From: Octopus bimaculoides
Taxonomy: Eukaryota
DNA: 64,000 bases
Direction of reading: 5' to 3'
Assembly: GCF_001194135.2 (NCBI RefSeq)
Contig: NC_068983.1
Location: 115,982,886 to 116,046,885, forward strand
Shown here: one piece after another, positions 11,296 through 22,799 of the stretch
How positions within the stretch are numbered: position 1 is the first letter of the stretch
How the letters are laid out: each line of letters opens with the position of its first letter
Program-made: the position numbers and the translations under genes
The notes under the pieces: generated by a model
Seen by the model: only the letters and a program-made list of their open reading frames with translations
The model's database searches: none
Told to the model about the DNA's origin: nothing

Positions 11296-12574
11296 AGTGG
11301 ATGCTATATACTCGTCCACGCCCATATCTAGAGAATACACACACGTACACTGACTCTCCTGTATGTACAGCGCTGGATATTCAGTGGACGTGTATTGTTC
11401 TCTAATTTAATCCCATTGGTGTAAAAGAATAGCAAGGATCCCGTGATAATCGAAAAAGTGGAGACGTTTAGCAACAACAGCTGGCTTTATTTATAACGTT
11501 GCTTTCAAATTTAGTCGTTTTCCTATGAATGCTGTTGGACCACAAAAAAAAAAAAACTGGGTCTCTGGATTCCCTTGTGACACATTCATGGCAAGAATAT
11601 CTGTTAATTTTCATTGCAGACCTTTCCTTCAATTGTAGTTAGGCTTCAGAGATTTATTTTAGTGCTAGAATATGTCTTAACCGAACTTTTCAATCTCTGT
11701 ATCTTGATAGTAATGGCACACAGCCTTGCCTGTGGGAGGTGTGTTTCATAGATACACATAGACACATGCACTGTATTTATGTATGTAAGAATGTATATTC
11801 ACCTCCAAAATTAAAGAGGATGTGTACTTCCGGCCAGCATATCTGAAGAGTCGTTAGTGTTGCCAAGTACAATAGCAGAAGCGAAACCAAAGGCTGCTTT
11901 CTAACAGATTGTATGCCATAGCCAGGACTATACTACTCGACAATTTATATATGTATAAAGGCAATCTTGATCTAACGTAACGTGGATGTTTCGTTAGAAC
12001 ATCGAGTACTGCGTTATTTACCTTGAAAGGAAATCTTGTATGGACGCATGATTCATAAAAGCAGACATTTATATCCACGTTTCGTTGGATATAAAAATTG
12101 CCTTTTGGTATTAATACTTCTGTCGCTTATAATTATTTTTAATAAGCCTGCTGGCTATTTGCAACATCAGTGCCTGAAAAGATACCGAAATTGTATATAT
12201 CATTGGCAGTGAGATTCGACTGGTATACGATTATCGAGTGTCTGCCACTGAAGAGATCGGGTAGGCCGAAGTTAAGTGATTTGGCAATTCCGGCACTCGT
12301 TGCAGATTATTTACGTCTGCCAATGATGTGTGTGTGTGTGCGTGTGTGTGTGTTAGCCAAAAAAGTATATTTTGTTTCGACTATGACTTTTCGGGAATTC
12401 TTTTGATGTATTCGGGGTTTATTAGCATTATTTGGGGCCATATGGCGATTCACTTATCGCGGTTTATTCCTTACGCTTACGTTGATTCCTCCGTGGTGCT
12501 GTTTTGCATTTATAATAAAATAAATATATACAAATTATAAAAATAATAAATATATATATATATATATATATACA

Positions 12575-12662
12575 GTACAGTACTGTTTCCACTTAGCGGA
12601 TTTTTACCTATCGCGTGGGGTTTTGGAAACGTAACAACCACGATAGTCGAGGGATTACTGTA
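12575..12662 (-). mobile_element. pogo/Tigger-type MITE end
   Basis: Minus strand ta|cagtaatccctcgactatcgtgg...ccccacgcgataggtaaaaatccgc: CAGT-start TIR next to TA. Confidence 0.65.
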
Positions 12663-12802
12663 GAACCTTATTTGGGGTTTATTAGTGAAATTCGCTCTAT
12701 GATCCTGTTGTGAGTGGATTCAAGAATTCAGTTTACCATCATTTTTAGGTTGGTAGTCGTGTTTTTTTTTCTTTTTGGTTAACATTGTGGAATGCGCGCG
12801 CG

Positions 12803-12845
<43 letters not shown>

Positions 12846-13104
12846 TCTTTAGTAACTGTATTGGAGATTGACCTTTGACAAGTTTTGTCTATTTCTTATA
12901 AGTTTTTGTTTGTTTTGTACCGAATGAGATGTAATTTGTTGACTTGCCTTCATTCTATTTTTTCTCTCATCAAAAAGCTTCTGGGATGAAAGGTTACTCA
13001 TCCTAAATTCGATCATTCTGGTTGCTGGAATAGATCCTCTTTAATTTAAATTATCAGTCTACTTAAAAAGAGGCTCCCTTTTTTTTTTTTTTTTTTTCTT
13101 GCAG

Positions 13105-13500
13105 AGACAAAACTATTCTTGGTTTAACGTGATCCTCTGAAGAAGTTGAAACTCAACAAAACACATTGTTATGACTAGGATGAAAATAAAAATGTGCCCA
13201 CAAAAATCCCTCCTAAATGACAGACCGGGTTGTTGGTAAAAGAACAACAACACTCAAACAACTGAGACTGGAACACTTTCCAAAGGACGTGGAGGACTTT
13301 GGGTTTGCCGAAAACTGAAAATATTCACGTCTCACTTCGAAAGATCCACGAGTTAGTTGGCTATTATTTTAGATCAAATCTGTTGTTTGCAAACTGTAGA
13401 AGACGGAACGTGATTTAAGTCAAGTATAAGTCAAGGGCTGCCCTGATCGTCCTTAAATGATAGTTTCTAATCCATTTACGGGTGGATGCCTTTGCTTATG
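13105..13500 (+). other. Candidate non-coding exon after a strong acceptor (end uncertain)
   Basis: Long T run then cttgcag| at 13104; all three frames stop within 12 codons. Confidence 0.25.
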
Positions 13501-14949
13501 TATCTGTACTGTATTAAATTTTCTGCATGGCTTTCATTTTATATGAGGCCTTTGCTATCCCCACTGATATTATATATGTACACCCACCAACCACACTAAA
13601 TTCTCTCAAACCACATTCTGCTGTCTAAACAATGAACGGACACAATGTGGTCTTGGCCAAAAAAAAAAAAAAAAGACTAGTTGATTCAACAAGAAAGATG
13701 CACAGAAATGTCATACACTACTTGGGTTCCTTGAAATATACAGTTAAATAAAGTAACATCTGTTATCAAAATGGAGTGGATTATCCTCCACCATTACATA
13801 TAGTAACAGCTATGATAATAACTACCGTAAAGCAATGTGTAAAATACGATAAGCGGTGTCTAAAATACCAAATATTACCATCAGAACGAAAAAACTCTAA
13901 ACTGCTTGAAACGCTCTATCTCATTATAGAATATATGTTCAACCATTTAAGCTGAGTGGAATAAATTCCACCATCATTCATTAGCATAATGCTGTTTAAA
14001 ACTGTTTACAATGTCATTCGCGACTAAAGCTCTTCCTCTTTCACATACTCTTCCCTTTCTTTAAGCGGTAGTCTATAACGTAACAGTTGTACATTCAACA
14101 TTGACCAATCTTCTTTTACCAATAATTCCTATCCTGAGCCTATAAAAGGGATGATCTCGTTCTGTGACTGTCTGAATTTTGAGAATTTTAAGGTCTTTCC
14201 CTGGACCTTAAAGCAGTCTTGTTCCGACTGACCAGATTTCTCTTGAGGAGCCCTGTCCTTATCCCTAGCAATATCAGCAGCTTCATTAATTCATATTTAC
14301 CGATCCTCGTTAACTTCAAATATTTGTTTTTCGTGAAGCTCATCCATTTCATAAGTCATATTTTCGTGATTCAAAATAATGGTCCGTGGTTTATTGTGGC
14401 TTCTTAGAAATATTTTCTATTAAAATTAATCAAACTTTCAGAGAAACCGTTGTTTTATAGTTGTGAGACATAGTCAATAACCGTTCTGTTCTATAGCTGT
14501 GAGACAATAGCAAAAGCGTTAAACGCAAGACATCGCCGTTTTATACTTTGTACTTGGAAGTTGGATATTTTTCCTTTTTTTTTTTATTTTCAAAAAAGTA
14601 AGCCATGAAGGACAAATTGCAAGAACGTAGATTTCCTAGTTGGTAGCGTTTTACGTTTTAACAGATTAATTTTTATATGTCAATCGTCATTAGAGTTTAG
14701 GGAGACATAAGCATCCATTATTCTGTAAGGTGTTATTCACCGCCAGAGCTTTCTATATAAGGTCATTTCCCGCCAGTATTTTGTCAAATACTGTTCCTCA
14801 CCGGTACTTTGTTAAAAAATATATATTAAAAAAATAAGTACATCTAGTACTTTTCGGGTACACTCCGTCAATCTTCACTAGAACACAACCCACGACAAAT
14901 GTTCTGTAGAATAGTAACCACAGTCAGTGTTCTATTGAATATTACTCAC

Positions 14950-15160
14950 CATCATATGAAAAATTTGTTTGAAATACTATCTGACTGCAGAGTTTTTTTG
15001 TGTGGTCTTCTATTTTGCCTAAAATTGCTATAAACAGCCGGTTGGTAGCTAAATACATTACTTGACTTGTAACTTTGAAAAAGATTCGTACTGATGGAGT
15101 CAGAGAAAGAAAAGCAGAGAGCGTGAAAGAGAGAGAGAGAGAGAGAGGAGGGATGGCTAT
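14950..15160 (-). other. Candidate first exon (minus strand) ending ATGATG|gtgagt
   Basis: Donor gtgagtaat at 14949-14941; two GTCATGTGA E-boxes at 15209 and 15240 upstream. Confidence 0.3.
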
Positions 15161-15474
15161 CAACTAGTATCATATTTAATACATGTCTGCATATGACATA
15201 GAAATTAGGTCATGTGATTGCCACAAACAACCATAATTAGTCATGTGACAAGCAACAGCTTCTATATGCGAATGTCACTCAGCATGCTTCTTAGTGCGAG
15301 ACGTATATGATACTGTTGACAATCGGTACGAAGTTTAACGTAGAAAGACGAGTTCTTGTTCGGTTTTTATTATCAAACTTGTTCCGCCTGTTTACGTTTT
15401 AAACTGTTATTGGAAATGCATGAACACAGTAGCTTTTCTTATCGCAAAAATTAAAGATCAGTGAGATACAATAG

Positions 15475-15518
<44 letters not shown>

Positions 15519-15895
15519 GTGGTGGTGTGGTGGTGGTGGTGGTGGTGGTNNNNNNNNNNNNNNNNNNNNNNNNNNNNNNNNNNNNNNNNNNNNNNNNNNN
15601 NNNNNNNNNNNNNNNNNNNNNNNNNNNNNNNNNNNNNNNNNNNNNNNNNNNNNNNNNNNNNNNNNNNNNNNNNNNNNNNNNNNNNNNNNNNNNNNNNNNN
15701 NNNNNNNNNNNNNNNNNNNNNNNNNNNNNNNNNNNNNNNNNNNNNNNNNNNNNNNNNNNNNNNNNNNNNNNNNNNNNNNNNNNNNNNNNNNNNNNNNNNN
15801 NNNNNNNNNNNNNNNNGATGATGATGACGATGATGGTGGTGGTGGCGGTAGAAGAGGCAACAACGGATGGTGGTGGTGGTGGTGGTGGTGGTGGC
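15475..15895. repeat. (GAT)n/(GGT)n trinucleotide repeats flanking a gap
   Basis: Direct inspection. Confidence 0.9.
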
Positions 15896-15904
15896 AACGG
15901 AGGT

Positions 15905-16315
15905 TTTAATGCTCTCATTTCTGGACTGGGATGGTGCTGCCCCGCCGCACACACAAACATCCTGAAATGTATCCAGAAAACAGTCACACGGCCTATTAGC
16001 ATAAATTTACTCACGCTTCAGCCTCTGGCCCAGAGGCGCATTTTCTCCTCTTTTGACAAATTTCTACCGCTTCTATAAAGGTCTCTGTCCATCGGACCTA
16101 ACTGGGCTCATATCACATGCATTCAGGTTTTTCCAACCTACTCGTCTCCCCTCTTCCTATCACTCTTGTTGTATGTATTCAGCCTCACTAGGCCTCGCAC
16201 TAATCACTAAGATCAGTCCTTCCTTACCAGAACGTTGATCCCCAGGAATTTCTTCTCTGCCAATATCTTGTCTGCATGTGTTGACTAAGAAAGGTTCAAT
16301 ATTAACTTAAATAGC
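15905..16315 (+). mobile_element. CR1-group LINE 3' fragment (post-RT region)
   Basis: Frameshifted WDGAA..HTNILKCIQKTVTR...LQPLAQRR...NFYRFYKGLCPSDL...PTRL, typical of CR1/L2-group ORF2 C-termini. Confidence 0.65.
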
Positions 16316-16505
16316 ATCACTCTCAACAAGTCAAGGAGGGCACGCAAACGCATAAACACTTGGCCCCTTCCTCCGAACACAAGTAAAACAAAACCCCTCT
16401 TTTTTGATTCGTGGTGTCGTTGTTGTTATTCAATCTTAGCTTATAACTCCGATCAATACAACATTCAGTACAGAAATATGGTGCGCACACGCACGCATGC
16501 GCGCG

Positions 16506-16536
<31 letters not shown>

Positions 16537-16544
16537 TCTCTCTC

Positions 16545-16590
<46 letters not shown>

Positions 16591-16919
16591 NNNNNNNNNN
16601 NNNNNNNNNNNNNNNNNNNNNNNNNNNNNNNNNNNNNNNNNNNNNNNNNNNNNNNNNNNNNNNNNNNNNNNNNNNNNNNNNNNNNNNNNNNNNNNNNNNN
16701 NNNNNNNNNNNNNNNNNNNNNNNNNNNNNNNNNNNNNNNNNNNNNNNNNNNNNNNNNNNNNNNNNNNNNNNNNNNNNNNNNNNNNNNNNNNNNNNNNNNN
16801 NNNNNNNNNNNNNNNNNNNNNNNNNNNNNNNNNNNNNNNNNNNNNNNNNNNNNNNNNNNNNNNNNNNNNNNNNNNNNNNNNNNNNNNNNNNNNNNNNNNN
16901 NNNNNNNNNNNNNNNNNNN

Positions 16920-17245
16920 GGTTTCAATTCTCAGACCGGGCGTTGTGAGTGTTTATTGAGCAAAAACACCTAAAGCTCCACGAGGCTCCGGCAGGGGATG
17001 GTGGCGAACCCTGCTGTACTCTTTCACCACAACTTTCTTTCACTCTTACTTCCTGTTTCTGTTGTGCCTGTAATTCAAAGGGTCAGCCTTGTCACACTGT
17101 GTCACGCTGAATATCCCCGACGTTAAGAGTACACGTGTCTGTGGAGTGCTCAGCCACTTGCACGTTAATTTCACGATCAGGCTGTTCCGTTGATCGGATC
17201 AACTGGAACCCTTGACGTCGTAAGCGACGGAGTGCCAACAACAAA
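16920..17245 (+). mobile_element. SINE family C (head cut by gap)
   Basis: B-box remnant gtttcaattc; tail caggctgttccgttgatcggatcaactggaacc...gacggagtgccaacaacaa; related tail at 33500-33625. Confidence 0.65.
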
Positions 17246-18256
17246 GTGAAACTGACTGCGAAGGAAAAGTTTTGGTGCCAACCAAGTCACACAGTCAGCT
17301 TATCTCCACTTATTTGTGCTTACAACTCAGTTGGCCCTATCATCTTTTAATATTTGAAATTGAAGATAATTACTTCTCTACTGTATAAGATTTACTGCTT
17401 CTAACATTCGTTTTAGATAATTGATAAAGTTCATTTGCCGTGATAAATGTCAGATGTGCATTTATGAGTATTTATACACCTGTGTGCACATGGATGCAGG
17501 TGTGTGCGCGCGCGTGCGTATCTTGTAACTGGGCGTTTGCATATTATGCCCTAAATCATCATCTTCTTTCTTGGTCTCGTTTAATCTATTATTGTGACTT
17601 AATCTCTGTTCAATTTATTATTGTGTTTAATTCGGTCTAAGCTATTATTGTGGCTTTATGTCAACATTTTGTTCGAGGTATTGTAATTATCTGTCTTCAA
17701 GTCCTTTTCTTCTACTATAACTTAACCTGTTTCCTTAACTGTAATTCTTTTCGCAATTGTGAGGCTCACACACACACGCACGCACACACACACACATACA
17801 GGTATATAACAAAACTAGAAATTGGAAATTTTGGGGTATCATTTATTCACTATTACACGTGTTTCATTTACTAACAGGAACTACTAAGTTTTATATGTTA
17901 GATAGACATGTAAGGAATTTCTTATTATATTTCTTCAGACAGAGAAATCAAATAATACAACTGGAATTTACCCTACCTGCCCATATAATATATATGTATA
18001 CATATGGTCCCTACTAACATCCTGGCTTTTCTCCTTCGTACATTGTATCTTTATGTCTTCTCACCCTCTCACATAGAACTTGTTTGGCCATACCTCTCCC
18101 CACTCCTAAATAAATCGTTGTATTCTACAATTCTCATGGTGAATAAACTTTATAATCTTCCAAATTTTATACCCAGTAATTCTTGTCAATACAGACCATC
18201 CCAGGTTTCTTTGATTTTCGATTTTACCCTATTTTAATATTAAATTTTAGATTTAA

Positions 18257-18468
18257 GGCGGTGAGCTTGCAGAATTCTTGGCAAACCGGGCAAAATGCTT
18301 AGCGGCATTTCGTCTCTTTACGTTCTGAGTTCAAATTCAGCCGGTGCCGACTTTGCTTTTCATCTTTTCGGGGTCGATAAAATAAGTACTAGTTGAACAC
18401 CGGGGTCGATGTAATCGACTTACCCCTACCCCAGAAATTACTGGCTTTGTGCTAAATTTTGTAATCAA
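18257..18468 (+). mobile_element. SINE family A, full length
   Basis: ggcggtgagcttgcaga head, gagttcaaattc B box, gtcgataaaataagtac core. Confidence 0.85.
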
Positions 18469-19229
18469 TTTTAAATATTTGATCCTTGTAATTAAATTTT
18501 ATATTATTGTTGATTTGAGATTTTTTTTTACGCAGAACTAATCTTTAAAAGCTTATTATCTCACTGAACATTTTATGATTTTCCGTTTTTTAAATTAATA
18601 TGATCTGAAAGAAAAGCATGGTGGTAAAATAGCTTCTATGTCTTTTCAATACAACAGAAAGAGCAAACTGGAAACGAAATATTGTACACAACGAAATAGC
18701 ACAGAACTGTGCTCGGTATTGCAATAGCAATACTACTACTACCACTACTACTAATAATAATAATATGATGGTGGTGGTGGTGGTTAAAAAAATGGAATGT
18801 TTGTTTGCATTGTAAGCATATAAATGTTATAAGATTCTTGTGGATTTACTGATGACTATTATCACTAACAAATTTTACAGTTGACCGTATATATCTGTCT
18901 GAAATAACATGAAAATTAGAGATAAACATATTTCTTTCCTTGTTATTTTTTGTATAAAGTAAAATTGATCCTGTGTAGACTAGACTGAATGAAGAAAATT
19001 CTATGGAATAAAATATGTAAAAGCAAAATAAAATACATGTTGAAGACTGAACTAACAGAATAACTTTTGCTCTAGTAATTCTGAATTTTAATAATTAAAA
19101 TTTGAATATAAATATCTTTTTTATAAATAATCAAAACTAGAAAAATTTGTCAACGTTGAATATTCAACTTAATATTTTATTTACATTATTTACATTTGGC
19201 GGGGTTTTGTCTTCATTTTGTTTGTTGTT

Positions 19230-19275
19230 AACACAACATTTCGGCTGATATACCCTCCAACCTTCATCAGGTGTC
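19230..19275 (-). ncRNA. Minimal type I hammerhead motif
   Basis: gacac|ctgatga|a|ggttgg-agggtata-tcagcc|gaaa|t|gtt|gtgtt; one CpG-type change in stem III. Confidence 0.65.
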
Positions 19276-19323
19276 TTGGGGAAATTTCGAACCTGGGTTC
19301 TCATTCCTAAGGTATTTTTTCAA

Positions 19324-19358
<35 letters not shown>

Positions 19359-19474
19359 TCACTGCCTGGAATCGAAATCAGAATCTTGGGGTTAATAGCC
19401 CACGCTCTCAACCACTACGCCATATGCCCGTAGGTTACTAACCCCAAGATTCCGAGTTCGATTCCAGGCAGTGA

Positions 19475-19509
<35 letters not shown>

Positions 19510-19560
19510 GCATTGAAAAAATACCTTAGGAATGAGAACCCAGGTTCGAAATTTCCCCAA

Positions 19561-19606
19561 GACACCTGATGAAGGCTGGAGGGTATATCAGCCGAAGCAT
19601 TGTGTT
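19561..19606 (+). ncRNA. Mutated minimal type I hammerhead motif (likely inactive)
   Basis: gacac|ctgatga|a|ggctgg-agggtata-tcagcc|gaag|c|att|gtgtt; GAAA changed to GAAG and GTT to ATT. Confidence 0.55.
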
Positions 19607-19718
19607 AACAACAAACAAGATGAGGACAAATATCCGTCAAATGTAAATAATGTAAATAATGTACATAATTCTTCATCTCTTAAATATAGAACTGTATTGA
19701 TATTTTGTCTACCTTAAT

Positions 19719-19932
19719 GCGGCGAGCTGGCAGAATTGTTACTGCGCCGGTCAAAATGCTATTGGTATTTCGTCTGTCTTCGTGTTCTGAGTTCTAATTC
19801 CGCCGACATCTATTTTGACTTTAATCCTTTCAGGATCGATAAAATAAGTATCAGTTAAGTTCTAGTGTCGATGTAATCGACTCCCCGCAAACGCCGGACG
19901 AAATTCCTGGCATTGGGCCAAAATTTAAAACT
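19719..19932 (+). mobile_element. SINE family A, full length
   Basis: gcggcgagctggcaga head, gagttctaattcc, gatcgataaaataagta. Confidence 0.85.
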
Positions 19933-20324
19933 AATCCACCTGAAATATACCAGCGAAAACTGCGTTTAGAGAATAAGAACAACTAGGCGAAATGGTTTAC
20001 ATTTCGCATTTTAACAGCAACACTGCGTTTTTCTGCAATCCATGGTGAAGATAATTAACTCTCAGTAGCCACAATTTGTAGTTCTGATGCACTGAGTACA
20101 ATTGCTTAATTCGATAAATTGATACCGCGCTTAGGAAGCGGAAAAATCTGTCTCACATTCCTCATTAACTTGACGTTTTCAGAAACTGAAGATAATACAC
20201 ATGCTTGAAGCTCAGTAAACCAAACCAATGAAATCCTCTTTGATGTATCTGCGAATGTCACTGTAATGAAATAATACGTTAACGGTTTTTTTTTGTTTTG
20301 TTTTTGTTTCATGGCTTTGCACTC

Positions 20325-20530
20325 ATGAAACAGCTTGCTAGAAATAGCAACAATGTCTCCCTCAAGTTATGATCTTCTGTCGTAAAAAGCATAAATTTTT
20401 AAAGATACACTGTGTCTGGGATCAAAACAAATAAATAAATAAAAATAAAATGGCCAATAGTTACGGCTACAAACCTTTTGCTCGAAGTTCTATTGAATCA
20501 GAGTTGACCTTGGGTTAACAACAATAACAA
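20325..20530 (+). mobile_element. Interspersed repeat family D (ctgctagaaatagcagc), degenerate
   Basis: Shared motif with 21975, 25205, 28490 and 48610; (AAC)n-like tail. Confidence 0.55.
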
Positions 20531-20549
20531 CGGCAACTGTCACGTTAAT

Positions 20550-20763
20550 ATTGGTTTCAAATTTTAGCACAAGGCCAGCAAGTTCGGAGAGGGGCTCAGT
20601 CAATTACATCAACCCCAGTATTCAACTGGTACTTACTTTATCGATCCTAAAAGGGATGAAAGATAAAGTCGACCTCGGCGGAATTTGAACTCAGAATGTA
20701 AAGACGGACAAAATGCGCTAAGTATATTGCCCGACGTGCTAACGACTCTGACCAGCTCACCGC
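20550..20763 (-). mobile_element. SINE family A, full length
   Basis: Reverse complement of the family A consensus seen in this window. Confidence 0.85.
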
Positions 20764-20861
20764 TTATTGTAACCATTATCTCATCTTTGAAAACAGTCCT
20801 GCGGAAATGTTAACCAATTGATAAAGCAACAATAATTAACACAAACACCTAACAGCCTTTC

Positions 20862-21040
20862 TATAATAAACAGAAGGCCCCAAATTTTGTCGGAAGGGAA
20901 TAAGTCGATTAATGGACCTCAGTGCTCAACTGGTACTTATTTTATCGACTCCAAAAAGATGAAAGGCAAAGTCGACCTCGATAGAATTTGAACTCAGAAC
21001 ACAAAGACGGATTAAATGCCACTAAGCATGCTGTCCGGTT
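20862..21040 (-). mobile_element. SINE family A
   Basis: ctggtacttattttatcgactcc...aaagtcgacctcg...gaactcagaac. Confidence 0.8.
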
Positions 21041-21057
21041 CCTTACAAACAACTTAT

Positions 21058-21188
21058 ATCAGTTTCAAATTTTGGCACAAGGCTAACACGTTCGAGAGAG
21101 GGTTACACTGACCGCAGTGCTCAACTAGCTCTTATTTTACCGACCCTAAAAGGATGAAAGGTAAACTCGACCTCAGCGGCATTTGAAA
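21058..21188 (-). mobile_element. SINE family A, 5'-truncated
   Basis: tttcaaattttggcacaagg...aaaggatgaaagg...cgacctcagcggcatttgaa. Confidence 0.75.
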
Positions 21189-21594
21189 CAAACACCTAAT
21201 ATCGACAACAAACTAGAACAGTTGTTTTTCTATTTTTTCTTCTTTCATTCTGACGAGAAATTCATAAAAATCTTTGTAAACACTTCAAAATTAATGAGTC
21301 ATAGACCCGCAAAAATTTAATATCCAAAAGGTCACTAAAAATAAAGCCTTCTTTTCTTTTTCTTTTGATGATAAGTTGTACAATAAAAAGAAAACGATAT
21401 ATTTTTTTTACTTGTGACCATTTTGAATAGTTTGTTTACAGGGCTTCACATATTTTCGTTTGCTGTTTCACTTTATGTGACTGACTTCTCCAACGTATTG
21501 ATGGATGGTTTCTCATGCACGTGACTGAATATGGAGACTGAAAATAGATTAAGATTTATATGTACACACAAATTTAAGAATTCCATAGAATATG

Positions 21595-21637
<43 letters not shown>

Positions 21638-21974
21638 TAACATACATACATGTATATAACTATATATATATAGAGAGAGAGATAACACACTTATATGTAT
21701 GTGTGTGTTTATACGTATCTATGTATGTACATACATGCATTATTGAGGTTATTTTCGCAGAACAGCATAACTTCTCTGTCCATACAGCCAGGACTAAGTT
21801 GTTTATTTCATTTTATTTTATTTTTACTTCATGGTATTTCTTCGAACACTTGGAATTTTAGATTATAAATAATTTTTAATGAAGTTATTTTAAATATAAA
21901 TAGAATTAGAGTTTCACAAGACTATTATCTATTTAGCATACCCATTCTTTATTTTAAAATGTAACACGAGTCAA

Positions 21975-22075
21975 AGAGGACGCGTCTACGTGGTCGCTCG
22001 ACCTGCAGGAAATGGCAGCCAAAACGTCTCGCAAATTATACCTAGCATCTTCAAGAAAAAAAGAGGTAAACAACT
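21975..22075 (+). mobile_element. Repeat family D fragment
   Basis: gtggtcgctcgacctgcaggaaatggcagcc. Confidence 0.5.
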
Positions 22076-22799
22076 ATCATTTGTAGGTGATGTATAACGG
22101 ATTCGTGACCAGGGATCGAAACCTCTGTCCTCACGTCCGTTTCTATTGTTCTCCGATTGTGCACTTAAAATTCATTTGTTTAACCTGTAAAATTTATTAT
22201 CATCTGAGATGAAAAAGCTTTGCACTTAGAGAAGCCCATTCAGTTCTAATTCCAGTGACCAAGTTAGACTTTAATACAGGCTATATATTAACAACACGTT
22301 ATAAAAAAAAAGATTTAAAAAAACAGTCTGTTCCTTCAGTGACTTTCAGACAGTTTTCTTTTGGTAACTTTGCCGAGACTTTGTTTTCACACACACATAC
22401 GTGCGCCTGCATTCTCAGTCTAAGAAATGTCTTTTGCGAGAGCCTTCTATCCTTTTCGTTCCTCCTTCTACACATTAGTGGATTGCTATAAGGAATGGAC
22501 AAGAGATTTTCAATGTAAACAAACTGTCATCCACAATACAAACTCTTTTGAACTTTTCCAATTCGTTGCAGTTGTGTAATTACTTAATAATTAAATAAAA
22601 TCTGTTATATGTGTAGACTATCTTTTGTCAATTTAATACATCCAGAAATTATTTATTTGTCGCATCTTAATCTCCACTTATTACACGTTTATATTACTTT
22701 ACCATCTTAATTTAACTTTGATATTAAAGTCATCGCGTTCAGTTTTCTAATTATTACGTATAATGTAACTATTTTATCGATCCGGTGAAACAGACGACC

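Larger units (their letters stand above)
19173..19700. mobile_element. Head-to-head palindromic element: tRNA-derived head + (AAT)n + hammerhead arm, copy 2 (ungapped)
   Basis: Left arm 19173-19430 (minus, full head) and right arm 19433-19700 (plus, head lacking the A box) are inverted copies. Confidence 0.9.

Noticed and set aside
11835-11897. ctgaaga...gcgaaacc hammerhead-like spacing
   Set aside because: No U at position 16.1, and stems I and II do not form.
13700-14403. Stop-poor minus-strand frame with an FRQSQNEII...SG*ELLV...YRLP resemblance to the RecQ Q motif
   Set aside because: Walker A is absent, there are several stops, and the resemblance is short enough to be chance.
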